A stretch of 64,000 nt of DNA from the NCBI RefSeq assembly GCF_009914755.1, contig NC_060941.1. One strand, 5' to 3'. The first letter of the stretch is position 1. Every line of letters starts with the position of its first letter. The DNA comes from the human T2T-CHM13v2.0 reference genome, Homo sapiens. Made by a program: the position numbers and the translations under genes. The notes under the pieces are model-generated. The model had not been told where the DNA came from, did not search any database, and worked only from the letters and a program-made list of their open reading frames with translations. Shown here one piece after another: positions 1 through 20,008 of the stretch.

Positions 1-1405
1 TGAAGGGACATCGACTCTGGGGCCAGTTTCTGGGTTTGGAGCTTAGGGTCAAACAGAGGAAGTCTCTGCCCTCCTCAGGCTACGTTCTAGTGAGGGAGGC
101 ACATGTGAAACAGCTCATTGTACCATCAATTATGTAATTACCGCTGCCATGAGAGCCACCAAGGAGCCTGGCGGGGGACCCAGGAGAGTTGGGGTGGCGC
201 CTCGCCCGGTGTCTGGTGTGGAATGCCACAGAGGTTCTCACCGCCTCTGGAAGCCTCCAGCCTTTCCAGTCCCCCTCCTCTCTGCACCTCCTTTCCAAGG
301 CCGCTGAGTGCACCTCCTGCACGGGTCTGCCCTGCCTCCCCCCTGAGCCCAGGGCACTCGCCTTTCTGCTCTCCTGCGTTGCTCTGCTTATCTGTGCTGG
401 TCCCAGAGCTTCTGCTGGGCCCGTGAGCACTGTTCCTCCTGCTCTGGGTGCCATCGAGCCCATGCAGATCCCCTTTGCATCGGTTCTGTCAGCATTTGAC
501 CCCAGGAGCTTGTGATCAAATTCAGGCCACAGACAGTGTCTCTTGAATTCTCAAGTATGAAAGAAAAAACTTTGTACTTGGTTGATAATATTTTCTTAAA
601 TGAGAGCTGTCCCTTTTTGTAAAATCCTGATTTCTGTCTTTTTCAAGGGAAAAGCTCAGAAGCTTTGGCACCCTGGCCTCCCACTCCCAAGTGGCCGCAG
701 TCCGCTGGTGCTGAGAGGGGCTGCTGCTGCCCCTCCCCCCCCACTTTATTTGGGAGCAGGATCGCCAGTTTGCCTCCATACCCACCTGCCCACTTCCCTG
801 CCAGGCCTCGGGAAGATGTTCTTTGTCAAATGAAGCAAAGCAGTGGCCACCCCTGATCTCCCGCTGCCTGGCCCACCCACATGTGCTCTGTGTCGCCACT
901 CCACTGCTCTTTCTGGATATTTTCACAGAGTTACTGTGACATTTTGTGCATTATTGATTCAGTAAATATTTATTGTTCTGGACAATGGGGAGTAGCTGTG
1001 AACAAAACAGGCAGAAATCCTTGCTCTCATGGAACTTTTGTTCTAAAGAGGAGACCAATAATAAAGCAAGTCAAGTTTGATTACAACAAGGTCAGTCGTG
1101 GGGGTGCAAGGGGTGCTGTTTCAAACAGTGGTCAGGGAAGGCTTATTGAGAAGGTGACAGAGGTGACAGAGGAGCCAAGACTTGGAGCCAGGGTAGAAGC
1201 TGTGTAGTTATCTGGGAGTGGTATTTCCAGAGGTAAAAGGCTTGCCCAAGGTCACACAGTCAGCCAGCAGTCAGACAAACCTGCAGACACTTGACACCTC
1301 TGTGTTTCCACTTCCCCAGGGAAGTAAGTCATGGACCCTCTGGGCATGTGGGGTAGGGAGGACAAGGCTGGGGCCAGACAGTCCTGTGCCTTCCCTTAGC
1401 AGCCA

Positions 1406-1682
1406 GGCCAGGAGTGGTGGCTCACGCCTGTAATCCCAGCACTTTGGGAGGCTGAGGTGGGCGGATCACCTGAGGTCGGGAGCTCGAGACCAGCCTGACC
1501 AATATGGAGAAACCCTGTCTCTACTAAAAATACAAAATTAGCTGGGCGTTGTGGCACATGCCTGTAATCCCAGCTACCCGGGAGGCGGAGGTTGTGGTGA
1601 GCCCAGATCGCGCCATTACACTCTAGCCTAGGCAACAGGAGGGAAACTCTGTCTCAAAAAAACAAACAAACAAACAAAAAAA
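1406..1682 (+). mobile_element. AluS element with an internal ~30-nt deletion in the right arm
   Basis: ggccaggagtggtggctcacgcc...; cagctacccgggaggcggag skips the usual gaggcaggagaatc segment; (AAAC)n tail. Confidence 0.93.
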
Positions 1683-4600
1683 CTAGCAGTCACACCTAGC
1701 CTATCTCATCCTTATCATGCAGCCTCCTACAAGGGCAGGCACTCCTGGGGCTTGGGGTGGGGAGAATGGAGCTGGCTGGGAGCACCTCTGTGGGTCCCAT
1801 CTGACCCCTGTGCCAGGGTCTGGGCCAGCCCCTTGGTCTTGCTAGGCCCAGGACTGATTGTGTCTGATGGCATCAGCCTGGCCTCGTGGGGGAAGGACAG
1901 GGGCTGTGTCCCCCAGCAGGACCCAGACAACTGCCTGGGCCACCAGACCCTTGCCCTGTTAACTGTCTGCGACCCAGCAATCAGCACCCCCCACCCTTTT
2001 TCCCTTTTCTTCATTTTGACAGAGACACAGAGAGGTGGTGACGCTTTTTGTTCAGTGGTGAATAAAGTGATCTAAAAAAAAAATTATTGTCCACAAGAGA
2101 CTGATCAGTACAGAACTGATAATAGGTGAGCTCCTCCCGGCAGCCTTCCCTGGGGGGCCTAGGAATGCCTGCAGCTGCTGTGGAATCCCATGTTGCTCCC
2201 CCACACCTCACAGTGGAGGTGGGACTGCTGGCCATCTGCCCCTCGTCCCTGGACTGTGGGCCCTGCGGCCCAGGTCTCCCGGCCTCTTGATAGCTGTATC
2301 CCAGGAATCGGCACCAAGGATCGGTGGGGTGGGAGTGGAGAGCAGGGCACAGCTTTAGAGTTAGGGGACCTGGGCACCTAGGCAGGGGGCCTGGCTGTGC
2401 CCATGAACAGCAGGTGGGGCCAGGCCAGCGGGTGGGCGTGGTTAGGCCCTGCAGGGATCCCATTCAGCTGGCTTAGCAGGTCTCAGCTGTCCCCACAGCT
2501 GGGTCCCTGGAGGAGATGGTGTTGGGGGCTGTGAGGGGAGGCTCCTCAAACATCTGGAGAGTCCAGATACCTCTGCACTCTGAAGGGCCCAGAGCCCCCA
2601 GCCACACCAGGGCTCCCCCAACCTCAACTGAGCCTGGCTAGGGCTGCCCTTCTGCTTCTCACCCCATCACTGGCATCCTGATATTTGGGACCCCCAGACC
2701 CTATAGAGAGGGTATGTTGGTCACCCCGTGGGATTCTTCCTTGAGCATGGGGGGGCCATGAATGAGGAGGGATGCATATCCAAGCGTTGCCCACAGGGAG
2801 TGGTCTGGAGGGGCTGCCTGGTCCTCTGGGGTTCCTGATGTCCTAGGAGGGTCCTCCATCTGCCCGAAGCAGGCCTCTCAGCCCGTGGACCCTAACCTGT
2901 CCCAGAAGCCTATGGGCACCCAACCTCTTGTCTTGTGGGCTCCTTGGAAACTCGCCCCCTTCCTCCCATTCAAGCCAGGCCCCTAGGATATGGAATTGAG
3001 CCCATACGATAGCAGTGAATCTGGCGAACGATTTCTCATTTTCACCAAGTCTCCTGTATTGATTATTCATCACCCACAACAGATGGGGAGGCCTGAGGAG
3101 TTCCACCTTCTCCACCCCTGCCTGGACTCCTCCTCTGCCCTGTCCTCAGCTTCTGGAGCCCTGGTACACTGCTCCTTCATTCTCAGGTTCCCAGGCCTTG
3201 AGTGGGTTGGGTTTTTAAATTTTTTTCTTGCAGCTACAAATCATGAAAACAGGTCATAAAACCACCTTGGGTAAGTAGGTGGGATGGAACCAGTGGCCTC
3301 AGAGCTGCTGCTGGGGATCAGGAAGCCCCCAGTCCGTTTGTTTCTCCCTCTCTCCCTGCCTCCCCTCAGCCTCCCTCTTTCCCTTTCTCTTAGGAAAAAA
3401 TTCCAGCCACCACCTCCCAGCTGGGCTCCCTCAGGAGCCACAGCAGCTCTGGCCTACACTGTGCCCATTTCGCTGACTGGGGCCTCAAGCCTGGGGTCTG
3501 AGGAGGCTTTAGGCCTAGTGACCTCTCCCTGAGGCTGCCCAGGGGACAGTAGTTGCCTTGGTGACAGTGGGTGGCTGGTGACCATCACTGCCCATTAGTG
3601 GACCCACCCGAGGTGGGTCTGGCTGCTTAAAGATGAGGACAGAATAAAAAAGTGAGGACCCTGGCCTGAGGCTCAGGCTGTCACAGGCTGCAGCTCAGCC
3701 CCTTGCCCCACAGCAGCTTTGGCTTGCATCCTGCTCCAAGAGACTGTTCCTCCAAAGTGGGAGCCCCTCACGGGGGCTCAGGACAGGGGTGTCCACCCGT
3801 GGTCCAGTCACTGCCGCTGCTGCTGAGGGCGTCCTGCATAGGAGCTTCCCTGCGGGTGGGCTCTGCTCTGGGGTCCTAAGCAGGGCACTTGTCCTGAACC
3901 TCACTTTTTTCTGTAAAGGGGGAGGAGAGATTAATCAAACCGTTGTTCAAGAAAGCCGCACAGAGTAGGTGTTCTGCAGCCGCCTTGCTCCCGCCTCAGC
4001 AGTCCTATAGATTTCTGGAGGGAAAGGGCTGAGGTCTTTGCCTAAAAGAAGGGCTGTGCCCCAGGTGTGTGCCACACTGCCGAAGGCCTGTGAGAGCCGC
4101 TGGCCTTGCACCGTAGGGTAGCTGGGGTTTCGTTGTGCCCCCACTATGTTCATGGCTTGGAGTGAGGACACCCATTGCTGTGTCAAGGGGAATCCTGATG
4201 CCCTGGGTGCTATGTGATTCCAGCTCATGCTCCCTGCTGTGCCTGGCCTGCCTCCTCTGTCCAGCGCTGAGAAGACTAAGTTCCAGGATCTGATTCTAAG
4301 GGTGAAGTGTTCATGTATCTGGTGCTTAGAGGATGCACTAGACTCCGCTCCTCCTGCCTTCTAGTTTCAGCAAGAACTTTGGAGATAAGGCCTGGACCAA
4401 GTGTCTGAGAGGAGAGGCAGGTTGGGGAGAAACGGATGGATGGGAATGAGTGGGGACCGTCCGGGCAGTGTGGTTGAGCTGGACCATGAGGAGTGAGCCC
4501 AGTGGGTGGGGGGTGCCCTCCCTTGTCCCCTCTCACCACCCCTTCTCCCTCCAGCCCAAGCCACAGGCCAAACCCACAATCTGCCTGCTAGGCCACTTCT

Positions 4601-6914
4601 TCCCTGCCCCCAGGTTCAAAGGTCACCATCGTTCTGCCGGGGCCAGGGAGGGGGGTGCTCTTTCTGCCCCCTCCTCTCCTGAGGCCTGCCCAGCCCAACC
4701 CAACCCAGCCCAGCCCTGCTGCCTGCCTCGCCTTCTGTGTCCTGTCCTAGTGCTCTTGAAAAGTAATCATAATCATAATAATTAATAACAACAGAGCCCA
4801 TAGCAGGCCTGAGGCAGCCCTTAAAGAGGCAGTGCCCCCTTTTCTCCCAGCAGAGCTGGCAGTGGGACCTGGCTGGCACTGAGAGGCGGCCTGTGCCTTT
4901 GTTCCCATCCCTCCCTTTGCCTTGGGTTCCAGGGTGGTGTTGGGGCGAGCATTTTTGCCTGCATTCTCCATCAGCACTGGGCTTCTCGTGTTTTAATTGA
5001 ACTGTCTTTTCTTAGCAATAGATGCTTTCACCGCATCCAGCTGCTCGTGTGTATTGGGAAACCTGCCTGTAATACAGCTCGGCTAAATTAAAAGACACAG
5101 CAGCTGGACCAATTAAACAGGGAGGGAGGAATGCAGACGGACAGGCAGGGAGGGGGTACTGGTAATAGCACCCCCTCACTGTCTCTGTCTCTCTTTAAAT
5201 AATGTTTCTGGTAATGCATTTTGGAGAATGTGAAAAAAAATAAAAAATAAAGCCGTAGAAATGTTAATGATATCCACAGGACACTCAGCAGGAAATGAGA
5301 GTGATCTGGGACTAATAAAAGCCGAAATGTAATTTGTGCAGATATACGAGGCGCAGCCTTCAGAGTGGTCCTGGGTTTGCACATTCTGGGCTCATAAACA
5401 TGCGCCTGGGGAGGGCAGGGAGCGGGCGCTGTGCCCTCGGCCTGGGCACAGGCCCGCCTGGGCTGCCCTGTGGCAGTCTGGCCAGGGCAGGAGCGTGAGG
5501 CTGCCCACCTGGCAGGGAGCTGCCAGACCAGAACCAAGTGCCGTCCCCAGCTCCTCTGGGTTGGCGCGTCGCAGCAGGAACCTCCTGTAATGTTTTATCC
5601 AAGCTGCCAGGGGTAGGATTGAAGTGGGTCAGAAGGGTGGGCACGCTGCTTGTTAGGGATGCCTGCGACAAATCCAGGGAGAGGAGCTGGAGCAGAGGGA
5701 AAGCGGCTTTGATAAGCCGGTGGGCAGGGGCTCGCCTCGTGGGAAAGTGGCCGGCCCCCACACTGGGCTGACTCTCCTGCATTTGTGGGCCAGGGCAAGC
5801 TGACTCCAGAGAGCAGGAGAGGTGGTCCCAGGACTGGGCTGACGGGCTTCTGGGGGCCATCTGGCTGCCCTGGGCTTGCCCTGCTCTCAGGCAGATGGAG
5901 GCCCTCTGTCGCCTTCCCTGCATCCATCCCCAGACACTAAATGAGGAAGGCACTTGTGGTGGGGTCCGGGCCAAGGAAGAAGGGTAAATGGAGCAGCACC
6001 CCCAGCTCTCCCCCACTCCCCACCTTTCTGCCTCTTCCCTGTGCCCCTCCCCGACTCTGCGTGCCTCTCCCTCTCTGTGCCCCTCTCCCCCTCTCTTTGT
6101 CCCTTCCTGACCCCTTCAACAACCTGGAATCTTTGTAGCCTGAGGCAAGCCACCCCTTCCTTTTGGAGCATTTGGGAACCAGCACTGGAAAGTCCCCTAT
6201 CCCCTCCTGGGGGCCTGGGCCACACAGGCCGAGCTGAGCCCCTTTCTTCCTGCCTCCGGGCCAGCATGGTTCTGGGTAAATCCCAAACCCTCTGGGACTC
6301 GGCCAATGGCCAGCCCCTCCATGCACTTCCTCCAAAACCTGGGGCATTCCTCTTTCTTCCATCCCTCTTTGAGGGGTCTTCTGGTTGGCCAGGCCAGCGA
6401 GTCAGCTGGAGGAACCTTTACCCTGGATGCTGGGCTGTCAGATGCTCTGCTCTGAGAGGCTCCCCCAACCCACCCTGGGTCCTTTCCTGACCCAGGATTC
6501 TGCTCTGCAGGCAGGGGCAGGTTAGACCCCTGCCTGAGCCCCATCCCCTAAAATCATAACCAGATGGGCTCTTGAGTGTTGCCTGCCCCAGCCCTCACCT
6601 GCTGAGGTGGGGAGGAACTGGCCAGGAGGGGACAGGGCTGTGTCGCCCCATGTGGGTGGGGCTGGGCTGTGCCCTTCCGTGGCCGTGGCCCTGGGACTGC
6701 ATCTCTACTCCCATTAGTATGCACTCCCTCACTCTGGGCCACGTAATCTGTTTATGCACGTATGATATCAAAAACAGGAGGCAGGTGCTGCCGTCTTGCG
6801 TTCCTGGGAGTCAGAGGAGGGGACATTTTATGTCTACAGTGGCTTGGCAGCCCCTAATCGATGTCTGCTAGAAGGAACAGACAGATTCCAGATGGCGTGG
6901 CAGTGATAGAGGAG

Positions 6915-6930
6915 GTGTGTGTGTGCATGC

Positions 6931-6962
<32 letters not shown>

Positions 6963-6995
6963 GCATACATATGCTTGTGTGCACGCATGTGCGTG
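6915..6995. repeat. (GT/GC)n alternating purine-pyrimidine microsatellite
   Basis: Uninterrupted RY alternation 6915-6961. Confidence 0.9.
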
Positions 6996-7548
6996 GGGAC
7001 AGGGGCAGACCCTCCTCAGTCCCCAGCATGGCTGGGTCATGCTTGAACACGGTCGCGAAGGGACTAAATTACAGGATCCAGCAGGCCCCAGGGGATGAGG
7101 GAGCGGGAATTGCTCTGCTAAATGCTTTTGAGCTGTCAGGAAGGGCTGGGAGTGATGGGTGGGGGACATTGGGGAGGAGCTGGCAATGGGCGGGGGGGGC
7201 GGGTAGCTCCCCAGTGACCTGGCGCTGGGCAGCCGGTTTTGCCTCCCGCATCAGTGGCCGTCCTTGGCAAGACTCAGCTGCAGGCGATGTGGGAGCGGGA
7301 ATTACAGAGCACACCTCCCTGACACAGAAGTTGTCAATATGCGCACAGCTGGTGGGGAGGCTCAGGCGAAGGGGGGACTATTAAGAGCTGCGCGGGGGAG
7401 CAGGCAGGGTGGGGAGGTGGGTGGGAGGGTGCTTTCTGAGGCAAAAGGAAGTGGCCCGTCTGAATCGCTCATCCTCTGCCCCCTCCCTGCCCATCCTCCC
7501 CTCCCTCCTTCCCTCCCTCCCTCCCTTCCTTTTTCTTTTCACAGATAA

Positions 7549-13203
<5,655 letters not shown>

Positions 13204-14775
13204 TAGTGCTACAGTGTGGGCCAAATGTGTCTGCAGTCTCGGGACAATCTGCAGAGTCCTGAGCCTCTCTGGGGTGTGTGGGGGAAGTGGAGGCACCCAT
13301 CTGGCTAAGGCAGGTCACACTCACCTACCCTGTCCCAGGAGACTTCCCGCCGGGGCCCGTATGCCCAGCCACCGCCACTCTCCCACTCACCTGGCATCTT
13401 CAGGCTCCAGCCCCACCCAGAATCCACTGGGCCCCTCCCCATGCTGTCACCGGAGATGCCAAGGCCCAGAGAACACGAGGACTCCCAAGATTGAACATCA
13501 GGGCTGCCCCGGGCGGTGCAAGAGCAAGTTGCCCACCCTCTGTTCCTGTCTCCATTGCCTCTGGGATGAAGCTAAGGGCTCAGGAAGACCCTCTCTGGCG
13601 ACACAGGCTTGGTGCATGGACCCAGTCACAGGGTTCCTCCCTCTGCAGGACAGTCCATGGGGTCACACAGTCACAACAGGCAGGGCGGGGCAGATCCAGA
13701 CCCTCTCACCATTGGCTCTGAGACCAGCTTTGGAAGCCATAGTCACTGAGCACCAACATGAGAGAGGGAACTCTGGGGCTGTGCCGCCATGCACCTTTGG
13801 GGCTGTGACCTGCCCTCTCTGTGCCTCCGTCCCCTCGCCCCTAACGTGGGTATGAGGGTGCCCATGGAGGAGGGGTCGGGAGGGTTAAAAGGTGGGCACC
13901 TCTGAGCCCACCGAGCACAGCAGCCCTGTGATAGTCAGTGCAGAGGGGCCTGGTGGCTCTGGTGACAGCAGGGTGACGTTCTTCGTGGTGTCACCACTTC
14001 CCCAGTACCATAGAGTACCTCTGTGCCCTTCTGAGGGAGGGGTCAGTGGGGGCGGTGGGGTGCACCTCTCCCCCGGGGCCATGCTTCTGCCCCCACATTC
14101 AACCCCGACTCCACTGCCTCATCCAGACTTCCGTGGAGTGACGCTCCCGGCTCTCAGCGCTGTGTGGTGGCTCTCAGTGGGGACGCCTGCAGCCTTCTCT
14201 GGCCCCTGCCCTGAGTCCCATCCCCTCCACTCCTTCCTTCAACCCACTATGTGCGGCTGAGGTCACAGGGGAGCCAGAGGGGCTTGGCAGGGGTCTCCAG
14301 AGGCCCTGGACAAACACTGCCTGCATCTGAGTGATTCAGTGACCCAGCACAGTGGCCCCAGCCGGTGGCTTCGCCCCTCCCCCTGCCCAGCCTCCTCCCC
14401 CGTCGCTGCACTGCCCACCTGCTCCTCGCAGTACACCCCTGCAGCCCCTCTGAGCAGCCCCTGCTCCTGACAGTTGCCGTGGCATTGCCTGGCCAAACCA
14501 AGGTCCCGGTGGGGGCCCACTGTGTTTGCCACCCACGCCTCCTAGTGTGTGTCTTGGGCACCTGCTTCCCACTGCCCATGGGGATGGCTGGAGACCTTCT
14601 CCACGCCCAGACGCCCTGCCCACCTCACTCCACCCTCCACCTCAGAGGAAGGCTGGCCCCGACAGGACTCCTGCAGGTTCCTGGTGCCGCGGGCCTTGCT
14701 TACCCAGCAGATGGTGGCCTTGGGCCTCTTCCCTCTCCCCTTCCCAGTTAGTGATTTTTTGCCTCTCTCCTGCTT

Positions 14776-14791
14776 TCTGTCTCTCTCTGTC

Positions 14792-14831
<40 letters not shown>
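14776..14831. repeat. (CT)n microsatellite in RAI1 intron 3
   Basis: Read directly. Confidence 0.93.
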
Positions 14832-14836
<5 letters not shown>

Positions 14837-17097
14837 TGGCTCCTTCCCAGCGCCTTGAAACAGGTTCAAGTCTCTCCCGTCATCAAAAAATAATAACCCT
14901 CAGATCACCAGCCCCAGCTGGCTGCCACCTCCCCTGCTTCACAGCCCCATTCCTGAAAGCCTTGTCCCCACGGCATCCTCGGTCCCGCAGCCTCACCAGG
15001 GGCTCCCCGACACTCACGTCCCACCAGGCTGAGATCAGGTCGTCTCCACATCCCCTGCAGCCAGCACTGGCTGGCCGAAGGGAGGAGGGGTCAGCCCCGA
15101 GCACCGACCACCCCATCCTGTCCCTGGCCCATGGGTGTCTTAACCGCCCATGCACACACAAGGTCCTGCTGGACTGAGGAGACAGTGTGTGTTGGAGAGG
15201 CGCTAGCTTCCCTACACCACGCGGGGGCTGGAACTTGCCAGCCCAGCCCATGCCTGTCTGCTGTGCCATGCTCCAGAAATGGCCTGACAGCCTGCGCAAC
15301 TAGGGCTGCCCCGGGAAGGTCGGAACCAGGAACACCCTGCCAGACAGATGGGACATCCTGGGAGAATGGGCAGAGTCTGGGGCTTCCCAGGGTCACTTTT
15401 GGCTCACCACCCCTTCCTGCCTCAGTGGCTTGGGGGCGCCATGCTCCTTGGAGTGAGACCCTGGTTCAAATCCCAGCTCTGCCGAGGGCTGGTTCCATAG
15501 CTCCAGGCGAGTCACGCATGCTCTGAGAACTCCACAATGTCAAACCCCGTTAGCAGGATTGTGGGGTTCTGTGGATCATGTGGGACCTGCCTGGCATGTG
15601 GAAGGGGCTTGGGGTGCAGCTGTGTCCCTGGCCCCAGCACTGCCACACCCCTCGGTACCTTGACCTCACTTTTGCGCTCTGGAGGGCAGAACCTCTGAGC
15701 CAGCTCTCAGGGATACCTTTTTTCCTCGATGGCCTTTTCTGGGAACTGCCCTCGCCTGCTATCTCTGAGCCCTGCCTGCCCTTCCCCCAAAGCCATCATA
15801 GACCCCTACCTCCTATCCAGATGGAGCCTGGCCATGGAATGCTTGGGGTGAGAGGGACCCATAGCGGGCTCCGGGCATTGTTAGGGGGCTAGGTGGTGTC
15901 TGCAGAGGCCCCACCTGTGGCAGGGTTTACATGCCGCCACCCCTGCCCTCCTCTTGGGTAGCTGGGGTCAGAAGGGCCTGAGGCCTCACTCTCTCTGCAT
16001 CTTAGTTTCTTCACATCTAAAATGCTATTCATATGCCTGCCTGAGGGTGGTTGGGGCCTCCGTGCAGTAAGTGGAGAGAAGCCTTCAGCCAGAGGACCCC
16101 CATATGCTTAAACATCCAGACACCAAGGGCCACTCACAGACAGCAGCCGGCTTGTGTTTCGTCATCCCTTTTGGGTCAGGAACTGGGGACGCTGGACTCC
16201 AGATCTCCAGGAGGCCATCCCAGACTAGGCGGGAAGGAGGCCTCAGCCCTGAGCTGAAAACCTGAAATTCTAGAATAAACCCCAGGCCCCACTCCCAGCA
16301 TGGGCAGCGGGGAGGGGAGTGTTCTGACATTTCTCAGCTGCTGTGGTTGGGATGGTGCGCCCACCCTGAGCATGTGGGGTCCTGTGGGCCCCTACTCCAG
16401 CCTGGAGGCAGCTGCAGGGGTCAGAGACCAGCCTGGAGCCCTCGGGCAGGTTACTCAGCCTCAGCTCTCATTGGTAACCCAGGTAAAATAACAGTAATCC
16501 CATCATAAGGTTGCTGTGGGCATGAGGCTTCCAGCCATGCCTGGCACATAGGAAGCTATTGTCGTTTGTTTCACTGGCTTCGCACTTGGGCAGAGGCCGC
16601 CGCCCTCTCTGCTGCCTTCTCTACCTCACCCCCCGCCCCCAGCACGGTGGCACTGTGGCTCTGGCGCCTGGTGACTTCTCCCTCCCCGGCCTCAGGTTTG
16701 CTTCACTCTTCCAAGGGCCTTCTTGGTGTGACTGTCCTGTCCTGGCCACGTCCACTCCAAGCAGCTGGTCCAGGTGTGGGGCAGCCCCCAAGCTCAGCAG
16801 AGGACAGTTTTGAGACTTAGAGGAGGACGGCATCAGATTTACATGAAGTCAGCCATCTCAAGGGATTACCACGTCACCGCCTCCTCTCACAGGTCTGAGA
16901 GCTGGTCCCCTGGAGGGTGCAGGTCTCATCCTAGGTAGAACAGTCCCAGCCTAGCTTCAAAGTGCTCCTGCTGCCAGAAAGGGTAGAAAACCATGCTGAA
17001 TGCCTTCACTGTTGCCTGGAATGGGAGCCTCAGTTTCACCATCTGTAAAGTGAGATTAATGAAAGGGACCCACAGAGGGCTGTTAGAGCCAGTAGGC

Positions 17098-17805
<708 letters not shown>

Positions 17806-17975
17806 TCACTGGCCCAAGGGGGTCTCCCTACCCAATGTACCAGCCCAGAGGGTGCTAAATGACCCATGTTTGTGGGCATGTGTACCCCAGTGCTGAACCT
17901 CCTTCTGGTAGATTTTCAAGCACCATTTTGGAGAAGGGAGGCAGGGACCACAGGGGGCCAGCCAGCCTGTACAGG

Positions 17976-18298
<323 letters not shown>

Positions 18299-18358
18299 TA
18301 AAGCTTGAGGGCTGGGCTCCAACTGGAGACTCACCTGCCTTTCCTTTCTCTTCATCAG

Positions 18359-18452
18359 ATGTGTTCCAGCTGCCAAGAAGCCGGGGCCACCATTGGGTGC
18401 TGCCACAAAGGATGCCTCCACACCTACCACTACCCGTGTGCCAGCGATGCAG
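18359..18452 (+). CDS. RAI1: RAI1 exon 4 (94 nt; e[34 protein letters not shown])
   Basis: ttcatcag|ATGTGT ... GCAG|gtacga; in frame with exon 3; PHD Cys/His pattern. Confidence 0.98.
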
Positions 18453-19265
18453 GTACGAGCCCGCCCAGGAACAGGAGGGCATTGGAGCCCATCCAAGCAG
18501 TCCAGGGGGACCCTCCCTGGGCACAGCTCCCCAAACCCAGGCCCCATCTCACTCTTCAGTTTCCCTCCTCTCTTGCCCCAGCAATTCTTTTATCCTTCTG
18601 TCTGCCTAGACCTCTGCTGGGCAATGCCAGGGACATGGAAATGAGGCATTCCCCAGGCACCTGCTTGAGGAGTGCCCAGAGCAGTGAGGGAAGATAGAAG
18701 CATAAATTACAATGTGGAATGCTGTCTGCGGAGCCATCATTGCCAAGGGGCAGGGAGGATCTCAGGCCTCAGAGAGAAAGGGGTATTGGAGGTTGGGCCT
18801 TTGAAGGATAAATAGGAGTTCACTCAGCAGAGACAAGGGGAAAGGCACTACTACAACAGCAAAAACCAACTGAGTTGGGGGTGATGAGGTTCAAAACAGA
18901 CTGAGACCCATGGAGCAATTGTGGAAGTTTTGAAGCAGGGTAATGGGGTATGGAGGTAGGCCCAGGCTCCCCGCATCCTCTCCCCGGTCCTTCCTCTCAC
19001 TCATGTATTCATTTGTTCCGCAAGCATTTGTTGAGCCCCTACCATCACTGGGCACACAGAATGACCGTGCATGGGCTGGAGCCACCCAAGAGCCCTTACC
19101 TTTATCGACCAGGTGGGGAAACTGAGGCTCAGAGACATTCCTTATTTCATCCAGAGAAAGCAATTGCTTATGGTACAATATTAGTCATTGGGGACAACAA
19201 TATTTTGGGAGATATGGGGCCAACTTTGGCCTGGATTCAAACCCTAGTGGTGGGGGGTGGGGTGG

Positions 19266-19763
<498 letters not shown>

Positions 19764-19901
19764 CCTAGTAGCGTTTTTAATGTGTGGTCTTGAGCAAGTT
19801 GGTTGATACCTCTGCACACAGTTTCCCTACCTGTATGATGGAGATGATAATAGCCCCTTCTCTGCAGAGCTGCTGGGAGGAGAGTGAAATAATGAACACT
19901 A

Positions 19902-20008
19902 CCCACACGGTGCTGCCTCAGTCCTATTTTGGGTCCAGCCTCTGTGACCTCTCCCCACACGGTGCTGCCTCAGTCCTATTTTGGGTCCAGCCTCTGTGAC
20001 CTCTCCCC
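19902..20008. repeat. Perfect 52-bp tandem duplication in RAI1 intron 4
   Basis: cccacacggtgctgcctcagtcctattttgggtccagcctctgtgacctctc x2. Confidence 0.95.

Noticed and set aside
1-7500. SMCR5 or other named RAI1-intronic lncRNAs
   Set aside because: Not recognisable from sequence, and by my recollection SMCR5 lies upstream of this window.
80-7548. Many 60-220 aa ORFs on both strands in RAI1 intron 2
   Set aside because: Pro/Gly/Ala/Arg-rich with no recognisable domain or exon chain; expected by chance at this GC content, and many start at GTG/TTG.
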